Positions 11,745 through 24,599 of a stretch of DNA of 64,000 nucleotides are shown in pieces. A program made the position numbers and the translations under genes. The stretch is taken from contig QPGO01000026.1 of assembly GCA_008632985.1 (NCBI GenBank), forward strand, positions 186,001-250,000, given 5' to 3'. This DNA is from Psammoneis japonica. Its lineage: Eukaryota. How positions within the stretch are numbered: position 1 is the first letter of the stretch; the number at the start of each line of letters is the position of its first letter. Below the pieces are notes generated by a model, which was not told the origin of the DNA, did no database searches, and saw only the letters and a program-made list of their open reading frames with translations.

Positions 11745-14700
11745 ATGAACAACATGTCCCTCCCCTCGTTGATGCGGTTGCTTCGCGTCGTGTTTGCCCT
11801 CTTTTGGGCAAACCAATGTTTGCCACTTGCAAAAGCATCCTACAATGCGGAAAAGGACAAGTCTTCTTTCCTCCGAACAAGAATTCTCCAAGACAATCTG
11901 TGCGAAAATGCCACCGAACAAGTACTCGAGATTCTCGTCTTGGTGGAGCACACGGGTGAGCCACTCAACGTGACAGACGCTGAAATCAGTGCTCTTGAAG
12001 ACGCCTTTGCCACGTCGTACAATCAGACTGCTAAAGACTCGTGTGGTGCCGAGGGAGGCTTTCGAGTCATTGACAACGTAACCATCGATAGAGAAATTGT
12101 CTCTGGACTTTCTGTTGGAGAAAGCGCCACACGTCGAGTTGCCGCAACAACGAGACAAACGGATGATATTCGTGAGGAATTTACCTATCTCTACAGAGTT
12201 ACCCTACGCTGTCTTGGCTGCACCAGGGATTCACGGCTTTTTTCCACTGCCGAAAGTGGGACTAGAAGGCAAATGGAAAGGCTCGACGATGACGTCTCCA
12301 GCGGCCAAAAGAAAGCAAAAGAGCTTGCAGCACCAAAAGGGGGAATCAAGGGATTGAAGCCGGACAGATCTTTATCTCTTATTAAGAAGAACCCTGAAGA
12401 AGACCCCAAGGCCGGTATGATAAAGCTACGCAGGCCCTATCGACCTAGCAAGACCAAGTTTGGCATTGACGGACATAACATTTTTGCTGTCGAAGCCCGC
12501 CAAGATGAAGATCAGTGTCTATGCAAGGCTCCGTTTGCTGAAGACTTTCTCGAGACGTTCAACACAGTAATTGAAGGATTAGAGACGGTTGGTGTACTCA
12601 CCAATGTGGACTCGGCTGATGCCGTGTATGAATTGGCCCCTGTCGATTGTGGCCCTGAAAACGTGTTTCAATCAGTTGTATCGGTCACCCATACGGGTGA
12701 TCCAAGTGCCATTTCTCAAGGTGAAATTGTGGCTTTGCAGGATGGTTATCGTGATACGTACAACAACCTCAATGCATTGAATGGAGCTCTTTGTGACCTT
12801 CTTTTCAGGGTGCTTGAAACTGTTGAGATTGATCCGAACCCCAGTGATACGCTTTCTCCGACAACACCTCCTACACTACCTCCCACAATTCCTCCAACTC
12901 TTCCTCCCACACTACCTCCTGTCATAGGTGGCCCTGCCCCAACTCGCCCACCAACCCCGTCCCCAACCCTTCTGCCAACCCCGCCACCGAGCCCTCCACC
13001 AACCCGTCGACCCACGTTAGCGCCTTCATTCTACCCTGCAGGAGGACGACGCGTCTTCACGTTTCTTTACAGAAGCACAGGACGATGTAGAGGATGTTCC
13101 TCACGGTCTAATCTTTTTGACGATGTAAGCGGCCGGCGGTTACTACTGGAAACATTGCCGTGGATGGAAGCACCAAGATTTCTTCAGCCAAGCCTTAATG
13201 ACACTTGTTTCTGTCCGATTGATGCTGAACTTCGAGCGCCTGGTGAAGTGGAGTTTCAGATCGAATTTGAAAATACAATTGAGATATTGCGAGAACGTGG
13301 TGTGGTTGAGAATGTTGATGCCAACGTAATTGTTGAAGATTTGGTACCCGCTCCTGTTGTACCCACTCCAATATCTACCCCTGCTCCCAATCGATTTTTT
13401 ACTCCCTTCCCCAGTGCCTTGACGCCAGCTCCCTCTATTGCAACAACCCCATTGCCAACAACAGGTACAACTCCTGCGCCCACGGTAGTAGACACACCCT
13501 CTCCTACGACAGGTACGACTCCAGCTCCGACGGTATCAGCGACACCCGCTCCTACGTCGGCGACAACACCAGCTCCTACAACTGCGACAACACCGGCTCC
13601 GACCGTATCAGCCACACCCGCTCCTACGACGGCGACAACACCAGCTCCCACGGTAGCAAGAACACCTGCTCCTACGATTGCGACGACCCCAACTCCAACG
13701 GTAGCCACCACACCCGCTTCTACGATTGCGACGACTCCATCTCCCACGGCGTTAACCACACCTGCTCCTACAATTTCGACGACTCCAAATCCCACTGCAG
13801 GAACGACACCCGCTCCTTCGATTGCGACGACTCCAGCTCCCACGGCTACAGCCACCACAGCCTCTCCCACGACGGCGCCAATTCCAGCTCCTACACCGTC
13901 CCCCGCAACCCCGAGTCCTACTCCAGCGGCTACAGCGCCAACTCCAGCTCCTACGCCATCATCAGCACCTGTTCCAACCCCGAGTCCGACTCCCACTCCT
14001 ACGACGTCACCAGCTCCTTCGCCGTCACCTGTCCCACCTCCGACTCCTCCGCCGACCCCTCCGACGCAATCACCAACGCAATCGCCAGCCCCGTCCGCAA
14101 GCCCAGCCCCCTCCACTAGCACAGCTCCCTCCGCAAGCCCAGCACCATCCACAGCCCCCTCCGCGAGCCCAGCTCCCTCAGAAAGTGCACGCCCGTCAAT
14201 CAGTCCTCCGAGTCAAAATGAGATGGTGACTTGCGTGTCCGTGATTGATGAAACATTAGGTCAGTTGTTTCCCGACGAAACAGCCACGCAGAAATGGAAC
14301 GATCTGAGGAATAAATTTCGCATCCGTCCGTTCTGTCTTTTGCAACCTATTCTACCATCGTTCCCTTCTAATAGAAGTGATCTCTTCCGTCCAGTTAATT
14401 TTACAAACGACCCATTGAAAATCGATGAATTGGTTGTTCGGGATGACGAAACTCTACAACCTGACGATTGGTTTAGCCTTTGCGAACTGGCTGGCCAGCG
14501 TAAAATGGGTATTACCAATGTAGCTCTATTTGTCGACAACTCTGGGAGCATGAACTTTTCAACCGTCCAGCTGTCTTTGGATCTGTTCGAAAGAAAAGCG
14601 GCTTTGGCTGGCATGATGATTGTCACTGGAAAAGACAATACCAGAGAGGATTGGATAAGTCCATGCCTGACGACCTCTATATTGCCCGCATCGGCTGTTA

Positions 14701-16288
14701 CATCCATGATGCCCAATATGGAACCATTTCCTGCTCTTTCGTCATCAGTGGAAACTGATTCAACCGCAAGTCCATCACCATCACATTCGGCTGCCCCCTC
14801 CCCTATCCAAGACGTCAGTGAAGACCTTTCTCCAGGTGATGCGTTTGTCAACATTGCAAACGCAACAGCTGATGAGTCGTGCGGCGCTGGTGGCACCTTG
14901 GGTGGAGCCGATGTTTGTCTATTATCTGACCTGAGTGGCTCTTTTAGTGACGATCTTCCTAATCTCAGGAGTGCTGCAGACGACATCTTCACCCAAGTAT
15001 CCGCAGCAGCTGCAGGGGCAAGATTTGGGGTGGCTGGGTTCATTGACTATCCTCCTGAGGGTAATTTTCCTTACAGGCTTTTTAGTCCACTCAGCCCGGA
15101 GCTTGAGGATTGGACAAATGCAATCGATGGGTTGCTGGCGGATGGTGGTGGAGAGTCCCAGTATGATGGGATCGTCGGAGCAGCTCAGGGATTGCAGGTT
15201 GACCCATCCACATTTGAACCTGACTGCGGGTGGTCAAATGATCTCACGGTTACTCGGTTACTGTTAGTCACGACGGACGCTCCTTTCCACGTACCATCTC
15301 CTGGACAACCCTATCAGAATGACTTTAACTCCACGGTCGCAGCTTTGAACAATGCCAACAACATTCGTATCATTGGATTGGACGCGGGTGGTGGCGATGA
15401 GCTTGACAATCTAGCGAATGCTACAGGAGGTACGGTTGTTCCACTAAGCTCGGACGGGAGTAATATAGCTGATGCAATCCTAGCGGCAATTGGAGAACTG
15501 CCTTGTTCCATATCTGCTGCGGCTGTTGGATGCGGAGACTTGATCGTGTCGTTTGAACCCAGCTCTGTCGTCGTCGAACCCGGCGGGAGTGCAAGCTTTG
15601 AGGAGACGTATTTTGTCCCAGAGACGATAGTTCCTGGCACTGTGTTTGAGTGCAAAGTCCAGTTTTCCGCGAATGGAGTGGTTGTTGGAGGTCATGATGT
15701 AACGATATCTGTACTTTCTGCGGTGAGCAATGTTCAAGACTTGGAAACATCCACTCCTGCTCCGAGTGGGTTTTTTACCCTCTTCCCCAGTGCTTTGACG
15801 CCATCAAGCACCCCATTGCCTACAGCAATGGGTACGACTCCCGCTTCCACGGTGGTAACCCCACCCTGTCCTACGGCGGCGACAACTCCAGCTCCCACGG
15901 AGGCAACCGCACCCGACCCAGCGACGTCGATGATTCCATCTTCCACGGTGACACCCACATCCGCTCCAATGACGGCAATGGCTGCAGATCCCACGGTAGA
16001 AACCACACCTGATCCTACGACGGTGGTGTCTCCAGATCCCACGGCCGCAACCACGCCTGCTCCTACGACGACGACGACTCAGCTTCAACGACAGAAGCCA
16101 CACCCGCTTCTTCCAAGGCAACGTCTCTAGCTCCAACGGCCACAACTACACCGGCTCCCACGACGGCAACGACTCCAGCTCCTACGGTAGCAACCACATC
16201 AACTCCAACAACGACTCCTTCGTCGTCCCCGACAAGTGCTCCGAGTCTGAGCCCAGACGTCCTTTTGACAAACGAAACAACGTCGTGA
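11745..16288 (+). CDS. Secreted mucin-like Thr/Pro-rich protein with two vWA-like domains (adhesin/extracellular matrix candidate)
   Basis: 1461-aa ORF with signal peptide, duplicated Cys domain (RCLGC/RCRGC), RRL motif, TTPAPT repeats, and MIDAS-like DNSGS and DLSGS. After a 1-nt frameshift near 16080 the repeats continue to TGA at 16288. Confidence 0.85.
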
Positions 16289-19200
16289 CTTGTGTAAGCC
16301 TTTAAGAGACTATAATCTCGTAATTTATGTAAAGCATTGTATACAAATTCAAGCGTATTGCGCTTTTCTCATTCACCACAATATAAGAACAACAAGGACT
16401 TGCAATCTTGTAACAAACCTTTGCGGTAAAAAGCCCCGAGCGACATATGATTGGTCTTGGCAACGAGTTCCAGAAAAGGAAAATTACTCTGCTTTTCAAT
16501 AACTGTTCAAATCACAAGCAACGAATGGTTCACTGCGGCTCTCGTTGATTTCATGGTAACTAGGTATGAGATGGTGTAATGGTGAGCGGACGAACGGTAG
16601 CCTTGAAGATTTTTCCCTATACTTGTCCAGCTCGAGTCTAAGACAAAAAAGAACTTCCAGAAACAAATCGCAGCCGCCGTCTTGCCCATGCACTAGCTTT
16701 TCGTTTTGAAATCATGAAACTTTTCTCGAAAAGGACGTCTTCGGGATGAAGGATGCAACGCATGCCTGACACGGCATCTGGTCTCTTGACAAGAAAGAGA
16801 GTTGTTGAGTTGTTTTCTGCCATGGTCGGGTGCGATACCAAAAAGATATTACCGTATGCTCTGCAGGCGGCCAGGCTTCTCAATCACAACATGCAGCAAC
16901 AAACCACTTTTAGGCACACATGCTTGTTGCTGTCCACCAACAACGTCTTTGCTGGCAAGACCCTGACTAAAGCACCTATGACTGCAATCATCCATAATGG
17001 GAACAAAAGAGCCTAGGAGCTTTTTTGGAAGGACAGGCTTCTCTGCTACATTGTGAACTGGAAACTCCATGCAAACCACGGCTCTCAGGATTTTTCCGAG
17101 GCTGTGCGAAATGTGGTTGCCTTTCCGACAATTCATGATCTGTGTCAGACGTTGTCATTTAGTCCACAATTCCCAACAGTTCCTCTGCTACCCACATGTT
17201 TGAAGGTACACAGAAGCACCCTTCTTTGCAACCATGCTGCACCACAACATGCCAGCTGCTCTGCTGGCAGAAAAAAAGCAATGACACTGTGAACTGAGCT
17301 TTCTAGCCCACTTTTCACATTGCAATTCAAAACCAAAACATTAATTGTCACATTGGCTTGGCACATCAAAACCCATTCAAAGCACCAGAAGAACTCTTCA
17401 AACCAAGGAGTGGGGCACCACCATGACACTTGGTCAATCATTCTTTGACAACAAACCACCATTGCACACCATGATGATGAGAGAAGATCAAGACAAAGAA
17501 TGACACAAATGAAAATTGTGGTCAGAAGCACACATTTCTAAATCATTGCTTGTGAGGTGAAACAGAGATGAAGATGTGACGAAATGCATTTTGTGTGCAA
17601 TGACAAAAAAAGATGATGCTGCAATCATTCAGTCTTGGACAAAAACCATGTGTTCAAAAAACCACTGATTCTTTCCGTTCCAATTGCATGACACACTTCA
17701 ATGTCAAGTTCATCAATGACCCTTTGACAGCACAAGGATCTGGTGATGATGGGACAGTGCAATTCATCATCATGTGAGCAGCTCATTTTTTGGTGTTTTG
17801 TGTGGAAAGATCATGCAGAGCATTCAAGAAAAGAGAGGGGGGGGGTTCACCGAAACCTTTTTTTTTGCCACCGTCCATCCAAATTTCCAATTCAGCAAGA
17901 GCCTCTAGACACAGAGGGCTCCACAGAGTGCACACAATTGTCCCAAAGGCTCGAGATGGAGAGTGATTGTCCCGTTCCCAGTGAAAAGGATTTTTTTTGT
18001 GAGTGATGCTTCATGCTTCCCTCTTCATGATGTCAGATCCAAAAACACTGCAGCTTCATTTCACCACCAGAGAGCTCAAAATTTAAATGTGGTTGGCAAG
18101 AGCAACAACAAGATTTAGCTGCTCCTGCACGTGCCTGTTGCAACATTCTCAAAAGCACATTGCATTCGTTTTGTAGAGCATCGAGTGAGACAGCTCGGCA
18201 ATCATCTTAAATGTGTCTACTCAAGGGTGGGAATCCCCTTGTTTTTGCCATTTTTGAGCTCTCTTTTTGTCATTTCTAAAAACAATTTGCTGAATTTAAA
18301 GTCACGACAAATCACATTTATGGCCAAAATGCCCGAAACGTACGGGCCAGTCTTCCTTCACCGCACAACCATTGGAGCTGTCCGACAACCAACAAGAATC
18401 ATTCAGTGTCAAGTGTCACTTGGCTTTTGCATTCTTTGCAGCATTAAATTGGACAGACCATGTCACCTCTGTTCAGGCCTTGTGAGAGCGTGCAAAATCC
18501 TAGAGAACTCAGCAAAAATGCAGAGAATCGAGCGATTGCTTCCGCACGCACTCTAGCTCCCCAGAACGAAGCCTCGGCATGAGCAACAAGAGAAGAACTG
18601 CTTGCACATGAAAAGTTTTTTAATGCGTTCTTAACTCCAGCTTTTGTTGTGACAATGTTCTTGCAATGCATTTCATTTCCAGAGGTGTCCTCACACTCAG
18701 TTTCCCCACTGCAATCTGCTCCTGCAGAAAGCTTCCTTGCAACCCTAGATCCCTGAGCCCAAATGGCACATTTCCATTGGTCAACTCCACCAAATGCGCT
18801 GATTGTTGCAATTCTGTGCTTCCAAATCTTTTCCGTGATGTGCCAGACCAGAACTGCGTGGACACAGGCATTCGAGTGACAACTTTTTGGGACAGCTGCA
18901 GCAGCCACTTGCATCTGCTGTGGTCTGGGGCTTAAAAGCCATCATGCACCCAGCCACATTTTCTCCACTTGATCATTGCAATTCAGTCAGCCAAAGAAAG
19001 CATCGGGTGGTCAGAAGAAAACAACTTGTCAGTGCATGACAAATGACAACAGCATGGCAATTGGCACTCGGTCACACTCTCACTTGCTCAGGTGTCTTCA
19101 GCAAGGTTGAGTGCATCAAAAGATGCTTGAGTTTGCGCAGAGGAAGGTTGCTGTGATCCGCACTGCCCGTCCTTTCTCTCTTTGCAATGCGGCTGATGCC

Positions 19201-22200
19201 CTTGGCCCCTTGTTGCAGTGTCAGGCCTTTGCACAGAACTGGACAGCCTTCACTGCACTCAAACCAAGACTTTTGTCAGAAATTCTCTGAAGCCACTTCT
19301 TTTTAGACTCAGGATGAGCTCCACTCCATTTTTCACCATGACACTTGGGCTTGCAGTGCTTTCGCACCTTGTGTTCTGGCATGAGAGACACAAAATCAAG
19401 CAGGAGTGTTAGTGACAACGACACGACAATTACAAAGCAGAGTTGCGCAAAAACCCAGTGGGGCGGCCTCCAACAAATTGCATGAATGAATGTGTGGGAC
19501 AAAATGACAACACAAACCAACATTTGTTGGAGGCAGGCACATCTGCATTGCACTCACTTTCACCGCCGGCAGATGCCATTGTTGTCGTGCTGCAAGTGCG
19601 GTGAAATCGAATTGTGGTGTGATTTTTCGCTCAACTGACCCAGCAAATCGAGCTAAAAAAACAAGGAATCTCCCACCCTCAAGCAAATTGGAGCAGGTGC
19701 TTTCTGGCACAAAAAACAGGGCAAGGTTAAAAACAACAAGGTGGAATCATTCAGAACCTGAAAATGAAAGTTTTAATGGCAGGCAGGAAACTTGTCCAAG
19801 GATGTGCAAAAGGCAGTGGATGAAGAGAACACAGCACTGCAAAATCTCTTGTGTGGCATGGATGATTGGACAGCTTTGTGTGGCAGCAAAAAAGTCAAAT
19901 CTTGTGCTCCGACCCATCAGCACAAGAACACTTCCCATCTCTGGAATCCTCGCATCAAGCAGAACAACTGCAAGATGAGTTTTATGAAAAAAATCGTCTG
20001 TGCGGATCTTGACAGGCAATGTCATTTGATGGGCCAAATGTGTCCTCTTCTGCTGAAAAGCACGCATGTTGCCCTTTGACAAGGAGATTGGAGCAGAAAA
20101 AGAAAGACAAGATTTGAGCCATCGATCCTAATCAAGTGACAACTGCGGCGATGCATCTAACCCAAATGAACACAACCAACTCAATCTTCTTCTTAAGAGG
20201 TTGAAATCTTTTTGAAAAGTTCCTCAGACGAATGCATGGGAAGAACCAGTGGATCTCATCGTGGAAAATCTGACGCGACTCCACGACGCGTGAGAACCTT
20301 CTCCCATCACAGTCTTTGGAGGCATCCAATCAAAAGGAATTTGACCCACTGTGAAAGATTGAAGTCTCAAAAATGAAATTGCTCTGAATCAGTCGCTCTG
20401 AGACTCATCATTGTCTCCAAAGAAAACAGGTCGAGTTTGACCACATCCGACACTCAGAAGCTTGGCAAAAGGTTCACACACGTGGTGCATCCTTCACCCA
20501 AATTTCAGGAAACACTGTTGAAGCAAGAACGTTTCACACATGTGATCCATTTGATTCAAACATGGAATGCCACCATGTCAAACAAAAAAGGCACACGTCG
20601 TGCTCACACGAAAATCATGCCGTGGGGAAAAAATGAGTGCTGTGGACTTCCAACGAGAAGCTGTGGAGCACCAGATGTTTTTGTGCAACACATGAGCGAA
20701 CTCATGGCAGGTTTGAAGTTGTCAGAACGACTGCAAATGATCGTTTGTGCCTGACAAAAAGTGGCTTCAAAGCGTCACCTGCCTGTGCAAGTGACAGCTC
20801 AGTGCGGCATTCAAATGACTGGAGCAGTCGCTTAGAAGGTTAACAACAAAAGTCCTTCACTGTTTGGCTTGAAACAAAACATCAAGACTTCCATGCACAA
20901 TGATGTGCAATCGATTGCAAAGAAAATGGAGGCAATTCAGGCAATCGCAACACGAGAAAAACGCAAAGAACACTGCGACATCTCGTCGTCATACGTCACT
21001 GCCATCGAGACATGTAGTCTCAACGATCTCCTGTGCAGTGCTGGCCAAATTCACCTCAACAAAGGTCAAACGGCAAAAGAACAAGTACAGAATGAAAAGT
21101 CTCCGAAAATGTGGAGCGTGTCAAATCAAAAACTACATTGTTGTCATACACGCATTTCAACACCACACGTTACAACGGAAAAAAGAACTTCTGTCCACAG
21201 TGAAAACACTCACAAAATTCCGAAGTGTGCTGTTTGGCCAACATATTTATATATACGGATCATAAGACACAACGGACAAAGTCATACGTTGACGACTTAC
21301 AATAGGAAACTTCAGTCCCGAATTAAAATACATCGAGGGCAAGGCGAACATCGCATCGTCGCGATAGACGCGATCAGCCGACTTACTACACTCCCAACTG
21401 GGAGGTCTGTAAGTGGTACGGAAGAAGACGGACTTAATAGAAAATTGAATCCTACGACAATGTCCTACCGTTAAAACGGATAAAGACATTTCCCTCCAAA
21501 TTGTCGGACGCGACATATCATACGAACACTTTTCGTGGAGGCGAGCGAGATCGAAAAATGCTCATGTCATAAGGATAAAATCACCTTATTAAAGGACGGT
21601 TAGAAAAAAACTCTGTGACAGATTCCGGTATACGATATTACAGTATCCACTTCACACTGGCAGAAGACATTTCACACACACCCGTACGGTTGTACTGTAC
21701 AATGTACGAGGCAAGACATAAATAACTTATCATGTCGACACACGAGATGTGCCAAAGATTAAAAAAAAAAAAAAGAAAAATGGACAATTATCCACTAGTG
21801 CACGAAACCAGTGCCTTCGGAATGACAAATAACACCGGTATGTCAAAAAGGAAACGTCCAAATAACGATTAACATCCAACTAAAAGATGGTTGAAGTACA
21901 AAAAATCCATAATGGAATTCATAACCATCACAGGATTGATTATTAAGACGAAATGGTCATATCCTTGACCATCGTTAATTATTACTTATGAAACGTCGTT
22001 CTGGGTAGGCATCGCCGGATCCACGTCACGTGCGTTAAGTGAGCCTGTTGTTGTCAGTTTGCTCATTAATAACTACAGCGCGTATAGGTTAATCCTCTTT
22101 ATATTTACCCTCGCACAGGAATGATCATAAAAACCGTTGCAAAGTCATTATTCGAAATTCTTAATGACCGGCATTTGGAAGAAAATTTGAATTTCTCCAT

Positions 22201-22669
22201 CTCCTCACTTCACTTTTGCACACATCGCAGGCGCACAATGTTGTTTTGCAAACGACGTTGTTCATCCGACGATGAAGCCACCCAACCCCGCAAGCATTGC
22301 CATGTGGCTTGTTCTCCCCTTTTGTGCTTCTCCCCTTTTGTGCCATCATTTTGCAGTCTCTCACACTGTGCTTGTTGTTTTTCCCAGCCGAAAAGAGGAA
22401 ATCAAGACGGGTTGGAGTGTTGCAGCAACACTTCGCGTCGCCACCGCAAACGCCACAAACGCTCCCATTCGAAGAGTCAGGGCAAGAGGAAGTGCTGTCA
22501 CCATCATCGTGCCAAGAGAGAGAGCACTCCACAAACCAAATCGGTCGTGTCAAGTTTTTTTGCCGGTGTCAAAAGCAGTCTCTCTGCTGTTCTCGGTTCT
22601 TTTTTCACTCCAAACCATTTTCGCCCAGCGGAGTCACCATGCCGAGTTCCACTTCCGCCGATTGTAGAA

Positions 22670-23650
22670 CTGAGTCCACCCACGACCTCCCTGTTGACTT
22701 CTCCACCACTTGCTGGTGTGATGGAACGCTCGGCGGCTCGCGCCAGTGGCTCGAGGACTGCATCGCGTGTAGAAGCAGAACCCAGTCAACCCGCGACCTC
22801 CCTGTTGACTTCTCCACCACTTGCTGGTGTGACAGAACGCTCGGCGGCTCGTGCTGGTGGCTCGAGGACTACATCGCGTGTAGAAGTGGAACCGAGTCCA
22901 CCCACGACCTCCCTGTTGACGACGCGTTCCAGACGCAGGTGGGAATCCGTGTGACATTGGGCCTGTAGAATTCTACGTGCGAGCTCCGCAGCAAAATCAC
23001 ATGGTGATTAAAATGTCAATGATCGCCAACAGAAAATGAGGCAATTTTGCGAATGCACAAACTCGCCCATGATTGAAGTGCATCATTTTTTACTCAGCCA
23101 GTTACATTCTTCAGACATTGAAGAATGCAACTGGTGCATTGTTGTTTCTATAAATTCGTCACATGAAACGTCTGGGGCTTCGCAAAACAGCGAGTCTGGA
23201 CAATTTTTTTTAAACATCACATGTAGAAATGTGCGTGCGAAACATGCGACGGATGACAAAAATTGTTTGTGTCACACGTCAGTGCTGCGAGCTCCCACCT
23301 GGGGCTGGAACGCGTCTGACTTCTCCACCACTTGCTGGTTCAACAGAAGGCTCGGCGGCTTGTGCCAGTGGCTCGAGGACTGCATCGCGTGTAGAAGCAG
23401 AACCCAGTCAACCCACGACCTCCCTGTTGACTTCTCCACCACTTGCTGGTGTGACAGAACGCTCGGCGGCTCGCGCCAGTGGCTCGAGGACTACATCGCG
23501 TGCAGAAGTAGAACCGAGTCCACCCACGACCTCCCTGTTGACTTCTCCATCACTTGCTGGTTTGATGGAATGCTTGGCGGCTCGTGCCAGTGGCTCAAGG
23601 ACTACATCATGTGCAGAAGTAGAACCGAGTCCACCCACGACCTCCCTGTC
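22670..23650 (+). repeat. 111-bp (37-codon) tandem repeat, 5 full units plus a partial, interrupted by a MITE
   Basis: c(a/g)cgacctccctgt recurs at 22681, 22792, 22903, 23414, 23525 and 23636. Confidence 0.92.
22921..23316. mobile_element. MITE (396 bp), 24-bp imperfect TIRs, 4-bp TSD TGAC
   Basis: tgac|gacgcgttccagacgcaggtggga...tcccacctggggctggaacgcgtc|tgac; removal restores the 111-bp period. Confidence 0.93.
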
Positions 23651-24599
23651 ATCACCGGCCCCCTTGCCAGGACACACTTTGTCTTCTCATGACGAGGTGT
23701 GCAGTCTCTTACAATCCTTGGCACCTTCTCAGGAAGACCACGACAAGATTTTGAATCTTGGCTTTGTCGCTGAGGAAATGAAGCCATCCTTTTTTGGCCT
23801 CTCTAAATCAAGACAAAAGGAGTTGGTTGTGCTTGGGAAACTCTCTCATGAGCACTGGCGATGTGTTTGTCGAATTCACTTTTGGCCACAAGCACCAGAA
23901 CAAGCCTGCCTGCTAAAAACTGCAGTTCATCCACACTGCCAGGTTCTCCTTGCAGCTTTGCTGCACGCGGTTGTTGTTTTTTTTTTGTTCCCATCCGACG
24001 TCTGATTTAGGTCTTCAATTGTATGATCCCAACAAAAACCATTCCAACGACTCAATTGTGTTGTGGAACAAGGGGGAGGAACTCTCCAGGATCCTGCTTG
24101 TGCGAGCGCAAGAAACAGGGCAACCAAGAGGAGCGGCTGTTTGGGGACACGAACTTTCCGGACTTGCTTGTTTTTGAAACGACAGGCGATGACGAAACAG
24201 CAGTTCATCTCCCTGGCCGAACAAATGCAGGCACATGTCACCAAATTTTCGATGCGATCCCAAATGGACGCTCGCAAGTGACCTGGGATGACTTGGTCGA
24301 GCTGCTGCAGACACCTGCAGACGGTGTGCTCCCATCTTCCATCATTGAGCTACAGTCCTGTGCGTCACCTGGGGAACTCATCACTCCTGAGCAGCGGCTA
24401 ACTGTTCCATTCCCAGTGAACAATTTACGCTCTCTTGGTCGAGAGACCGAGTCCTTTTGCAAAAAGGTGCTCAAAGATGCACTCAACATCAAACTGTGGT
24501 GCCACAACTTGAAGACTGGTTCATTCGTGCGAGAGTAGAGTGGCTGATTTTAAAAGAGTGACTGACAGTTGTTGAGTCCATTCCTGCAAATGTGCGTGC

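Larger units (their letters stand above)
22240..24538 (+). pseudogene. Degenerate ORF with 37-aa tandem repeats, probable MULE accessory gene
   Basis: ORF fragments 22121-22954, 23229-24005 and 24023-24538, interrupted by a MITE. Confidence 0.45.

Noticed and set aside
13256..14152. Gly/Val/Ala-rich minus-strand ORFs
   Set aside because: Antisense shadow of the Thr/Pro repeats
16900..20950. Decayed gene-like sequence (also 2900-4300 and 47200-48700)
   Set aside because: No motif I could assign with confidence
22670..23650. CRISPR-like array
   Set aside because: Units are contiguous 111-bp coding repeats with no unique spacers or cas genes; eukaryotic context
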